From Opitutales bacterium (GTDB lineage: Bacteria > Verrucomicrobiota > Verrucomicrobiia > Opitutales > PNEW01), in the NCBI GenBank assembly GCA_965197745.1, contig CBDANS010000007.1, forward strand, positions 1,504,001-1,568,000: a stretch of 64,000 nt of DNA. The letters are read 5' to 3'. Below, piece after piece: positions 60,496-64,000 of the stretch. Within the stretch, counting starts at the first letter, position 1, and every line of letters begins with the position of its first letter. Position numbers and translations under genes: made by a program. The notes below the pieces were generated by a model, which saw nothing but the letters and a program-made list of their open reading frames with translations, ran no database searches and was not told where the DNA came from.

Positions 60496-61251
60496 ATGAA
60501 AAAAGATATTCACCCCATCCCCGACGACCTGATCGTTCTTGTATTCGATGATGCTGTAAAATCTCACGTTACTTTTGTCGCGCCGCTGCTCAAACGCTAC
60601 GGCTTTAATGCCACTTTTTATGTTACCGAGGGCTTGGGCTTTCTGAAAAATAAAGAACGCTATATGACTTGGGAAGAGATTCGCGAGCTGCATGAAGCGG
60701 GTTTTGAAATCGGCAACCATACTCGCCAGCACAAAGCGGTGAGTAAACAGTCACGTGAGGAATTGATCGCTGATATCGAGCAGATTGATAGCCGATGCGA
60801 GGAATATGGCATTCCCGTTCCTGAAACATTTTGTTATCCTGGGGGACACCATTGCCCGGAGGCGGTAGCGGTTCTCGAAGAGAGACAATTCCTTTTCGCA
60901 AAACGAAGTTTTGAGATGGAACCCTCTTGGTCAGATGATGATGAGGGAAAAGGGGGGCTGGGCCCTGCCTATGATCCCACCCTTCACCCTCCCTTACTCA
61001 TCCCAACGACCGGAATGTCAGGACCCAACTGGCCATTTGAAGATTTTGTCCGTGCGGTAGAGCTGGCCAGGGAGGGGAAAATCACTGTTTTTACTTTCCA
61101 TGGCGTGCCGGATCTGGATCACCACTTTGTAAACACCGATCCCGATAAATTTAAAACTTACATGGAATACTTGTACGAACATAACTGTACCGTTATTGCC
61201 GTCCGCGATTTGACTCAATACGTTGACCCTTCGGCTGCTAATAGAGATTAG
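60496..61251 (+). CDS. Polysaccharide deacetylase (NodB-like) family protein
   Basis: LVFDD, ATFYV, FEIGNHT..H, FCYPGG, FHGV. ATG 60496 is preferred to TTG 60430. Confidence 0.88.
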   Translation: MKKDIHPIPDDLIVLVFDDAVKSHVTFVAPLLKRYGFNATFYVTEGLGFLKNKERYMTWEEIRELHEAGFEIGNHTRQHKAVSKQSREELIADIEQIDSRCEEYGIPVPETFCYPGGHHCPEAVAVLEERQFLFAKRSFEMEPSWSDDDEGKGGLGPAYDPTLHPPLLIPTTGMSGPNWPFEDFVRAVELAREGKITVFTFHGVPDLDHHFVNTDPDKFKTYMEYLYEHNCTVIAVRDLTQYVDPSAANRD

Positions 61252-61469
61252 GTTTCAGGTGTCGGGGTTCAGGGTGGAAGATGTCGGGCTACGCCCTCGG
61301 TACAGGATGCACATAACGACGCCGATTATATAATGGAAAAGATTGAATGCCAATAAAGTTGAGAAAAGTATTATCTGTCAGGATCCATCCGCATATACGC
61401 ATTTACACTTATTCACTTTCTCGCATTTCCCTTTTGACTTTTTGATCTTTTGACTTTTTGACTCAACAA

Positions 61470-62285
61470 ATGACTGAAGAACAAAAGTTCTTTTTTGATC
61501 TCCGGGGGTGGATTCTTTTACCTGCCGTGTTATCGTCAGCCGAGATTGATGGGATGAAGAAAGAGGTGTATGATGGCGCTAAGAATGGTTATGAAGGATT
61601 ACTTCAGAAGTTGCTCGACCATCCGGCCGTCGTGGGTATTCTGACCGAGCTTCTTGCGGAGCCCTCTTTTGTTTCGAACGATTACTATAGCTTCCGATGT
61701 GAGAATTCGTTTGTCTTGAACCGCCCTCCCGGATGGAGAATAAGCGATAAAGCTAATTCTGGTGGTACCGGTATGCCTCATGTTGTGCGTCCTCCACAAC
61801 AGGCGAACGCCATGCGGTACCAGGTACAAGGGGATAAAATTTTTGCAGGGTTGACCCGCGTAGTCTGGGAGCTTGAAGAGGTGAAAGCGGGACAAGGGGG
61901 AACCACCTTCCTCAGCGGATCACACAAAGCTCATTTCAACTATGGTGGACCCGACCCGTATAGACCCAATGTCAGTGAGTCGCCCTGGGAAGAAAGCATT
62001 CGTGAGACCATGGAGGATTACAGTTGTCCTGCCGGATCTGCCATCGTATTCACGGAAAGCCTGATCCATGCCGCCAATGATTGGACCAATCCCAATAACT
62101 CGCGCTGCGCGGTATTCAATTGTTACAACTCTCTCTGGGCTCAATGGCACCTGCTCAATCTGGACCATAAGATTATCGAAAACATGCCCGTAAAACGACG
62201 GTCCCTCTTTCGAGGCACCTGGGAACTGGGAGAATTAAATGGCAGTCGCAATCACGGATATGCGGCAAATAATAGATCGCTGTGA
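61470..62285 (+). CDS. PhyH-like Fe(II)/2OG protein with atypical proximal motif (MPHVV)
   Basis: MTEEQKFFFDLRGW, GGTTFLSGSHKA, AGSAIVFTESLIHA....R. The TTG at 61458 lies inside an octamer repeat. Confidence 0.82.
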   Translation: MTEEQKFFFDLRGWILLPAVLSSAEIDGMKKEVYDGAKNGYEGLLQKLLDHPAVVGILTELLAEPSFVSNDYYSFRCENSFVLNRPPGWRISDKANSGGTGMPHVVRPPQQANAMRYQVQGDKIFAGLTRVVWELEEVKAGQGGTTFLSGSHKAHFNYGGPDPYRPNVSESPWEESIRETMEDYSCPAGSAIVFTESLIHAANDWTNPNNSRCAVFNCYNSLWAQWHLLNLDHKIIENMPVKRRSLFRGTWELGELNGSRNHGYAANNRSL

Positions 62286-62317
62286 TGGGAGCGTTGAAGC
62301 GCGAAGCGCATCAGCGC

Positions 62318-62347
62318 GTGTTAAGTTTTAAAGTGTTAGGTTTTAGG
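62318..62347. repeat. Heptamer array GTGTTAA/GTTTTAG
   Basis: gtgttaagttttaaagtgttaggttttagg, preceded by a gcgc...gcgc context like that at 13348 and 16428. Confidence 0.7.
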
Positions 62348-62519
62348 AAAGAGGATACAAGGTTCGGGAAAACATAGTTGCTACCATTAGGATCAATCGA
62401 CAATCGAAAACCCCTACGAAATTTACAGACTGAAATAAAATGTAATCGCCATCACAGTTATTCGGTAAATAATATCAGCTCTCCTTCGATTCCCGTAACA
62501 CTAACAAACAGGACAGATA

Positions 62520-63518
62520 ATGAAAATAGTACCCATACGACGGATCATAATTCTTACAATAAAGGGTATTTTATTTATTTCGGCTCCTCCTTGTATTGCG
62601 AAGGATCTGACGATTTCTAAAGAGTCGGACGAAACAAGTTCATCTTCATCGCACAACGCTGTCGTCCACGACTCGATTGAAATAGACGGTGTCGATATAT
62701 TCTACCGTGAAGCCGGACCGAGAGATGCACCAACGCTCTTTCTGTTGCATGGTTACCCGACTTCATCCCATATGTTTCGCAATCTGATGCGTGACCTCGC
62801 CGACAAATTCCATACCCTCGCGCCTGATTATCCTGGCTTTGGTCGTAGCGAGCAGCCGCCGATGGCCGATTTCGAATACACCTTTGATCATATGGCTGAA
62901 CTGATGAAGAAATTTCTCAAAGCAAAAGGCGCTGATAAATTCAGCATCTATCTTATGGATTACGGGGCACCCATCGGTTACCGTATCGCCGTCAAGCAGC
63001 CGAAGCGCATCCAAGGTCTCATCATCCAAAATGGCTGCGCTTACGAAGAAGGTTTACTCGAGTTCTGGGACCCAATCAGAAAGTACTGGAATAACAAGAC
63101 TGCTGAGAACGGTAAAGCGCTTGAAGGCTTTCATTCACTCGAAGGCCTTAAATGGCAATACACCCACGGCACGGGATCCCGCCAGAATCAAGTTAGCCCC
63201 GACAATTGGGAGATTGATTTGCGTCATTTAACCCGCCCGGAGAATAATGAAATTCAACTCGCCATGTTCTACGACTATCAGAATAACGTGCCACTTTATC
63301 CAAAATTTCAGTCCTACTTCCGCAAACGTCAACCACCAACTCTGATTGTTTATGGAAAGAATGATCACATTTTCCCTGAGGCTGGCGCGCATGCTTATAA
63401 AAAGGATCTAAAGAATATTGACTTTAATCTATTTGATACAGGTCACTTTGCTCTTGAAACTCATGGCAGAGAAATAGCCCTTTTAATTCGCAAGTTCTTG
63501 AGCAAACAGGGAAAGTAG
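62520..63518 (+). CDS. Alpha/beta hydrolase (epoxide hydrolase/haloalkane dehalogenase-like)
   Basis: LLHGYPTSSHMFR, APDYPGFG, MDYGAP (Asp nucleophile), QNG, DTGHFALE. Confidence 0.92.
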   Translation: MKIVPIRRIIILTIKGILFISAPPCIAKDLTISKESDETSSSSSHNAVVHDSIEIDGVDIFYREAGPRDAPTLFLLHGYPTSSHMFRNLMRDLADKFHTLAPDYPGFGRSEQPPMADFEYTFDHMAELMKKFLKAKGADKFSIYLMDYGAPIGYRIAVKQPKRIQGLIIQNGCAYEEGLLEFWDPIRKYWNNKTAENGKALEGFHSLEGLKWQYTHGTGSRQNQVSPDNWEIDLRHLTRPENNEIQLAMFYDYQNNVPLYPKFQSYFRKRQPPTLIVYGKNDHIFPEAGAHAYKKDLKNIDFNLFDTGHFALETHGREIALLIRKFLSKQGK

Positions 63519-63662
63519 AAATAAATTCCCAATGAGTAATAGGGTAACGCTGGATCTCATTTCACCTACGCCCAAGTTAGGCAGGTTCCGAAGTTCAAGA
63601 AATGATAATTATCACCCTCCGTATCAATCGACAATCGAAAATCGCAAATCGAAAATTGTAGA

Positions 63663-64000
63663 ATGCCTGTATTAAGCGAAGAAGATCGAGCGTTTTGGGA
63701 TGAGAACGGTTACGTCATCATTCATGACGCGGTTCCTCCAGAATACATCAAAGCTACTCAGGATGAAGTTTGGAATTTTTTGGAAATGCAGCCCGACGAT
63801 CGGGAGAGTTGGTATCCTGACCCGCCTCGACCGGGCCTAGGGGTGAAGATGCATCATCACTAGGTTTTGTGGAACAACCGTCAATACCCCCGCGTGCATC
63901 AGGCTTTTTCGGAGATCTGGGGAACAGAGAAGTTGTGGGTAAGTTTTGATCAGTGCAGCATGAGCCCCCCGCTCCGCGAGCACTTGAATGATGGCGGGAA
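63663..64000 (+). pseudogene. PhyH-family dioxygenase with in-frame TAG at 63861-63863 (3'-partial)
   Basis: LSEEDRAFWDENGYVII...MHHH*VLWNNRQYPRVHQAFSEIWGTEKLWVSFD continues in frame to the window end. Confidence 0.8.

Noticed and set aside
63527..63582. Second attC-like site ending GTTAGGC after the hydrolase gene
   Set aside because: The right end fits GTTRRRY, but the left end is CCCAAT rather than AAC and inner pairing is weak; it needs a covariance-model test.

Overview
This is a bacterial, catabolism-rich accessory region. The PEP-CTERM protein, short prepilin-like genes, Ig-domain secreted proteins and Na+-NQR suggest a marine Verrucomicrobiota/PVC-group organism, but that is an inference. 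The one housekeeping block is nqrABCDEF-apbE-nqrM. The rest comprises family-5 ABC substrate-binding proteins (one fused to a permease), six PhyH-type Fe/2OG dioxygenases, two tandem enolase-superfamily dehydratases, two HpcH aldolases, two M20 amidohydrolases, an aminotransferase III, a sulfatase, a GGT, a MetE-like protein, a four-member family of secreted Ig-domain proteins, three prepilin-like genes and several disrupted genes. Intergenic DNA is dense with nested palindromic (REP-like) and heptamer repeats, a solitary attC-like site, and tRNA-His and tRNA-Ser 3' remnants. The most unusual element is a 462-bp cassette carrying only a small GIY-YIG nuclease between perfect 15-bp terminal inverted repeats. 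It occurs twice, almost identically, in OPPOSITE orientation inside homologous flanks that share the SAME orientation. Three non-autonomous relatives are also present, one still carrying the last 18 codons of the nuclease. This suggests a transposase-free, nuclease-driven mobile or invertible repeat system. Other leads are a structured leader upstream of an ankyrin gene and a PhyH enzyme with a halogenase-type HxG motif. All alignments and counts were made by eye.
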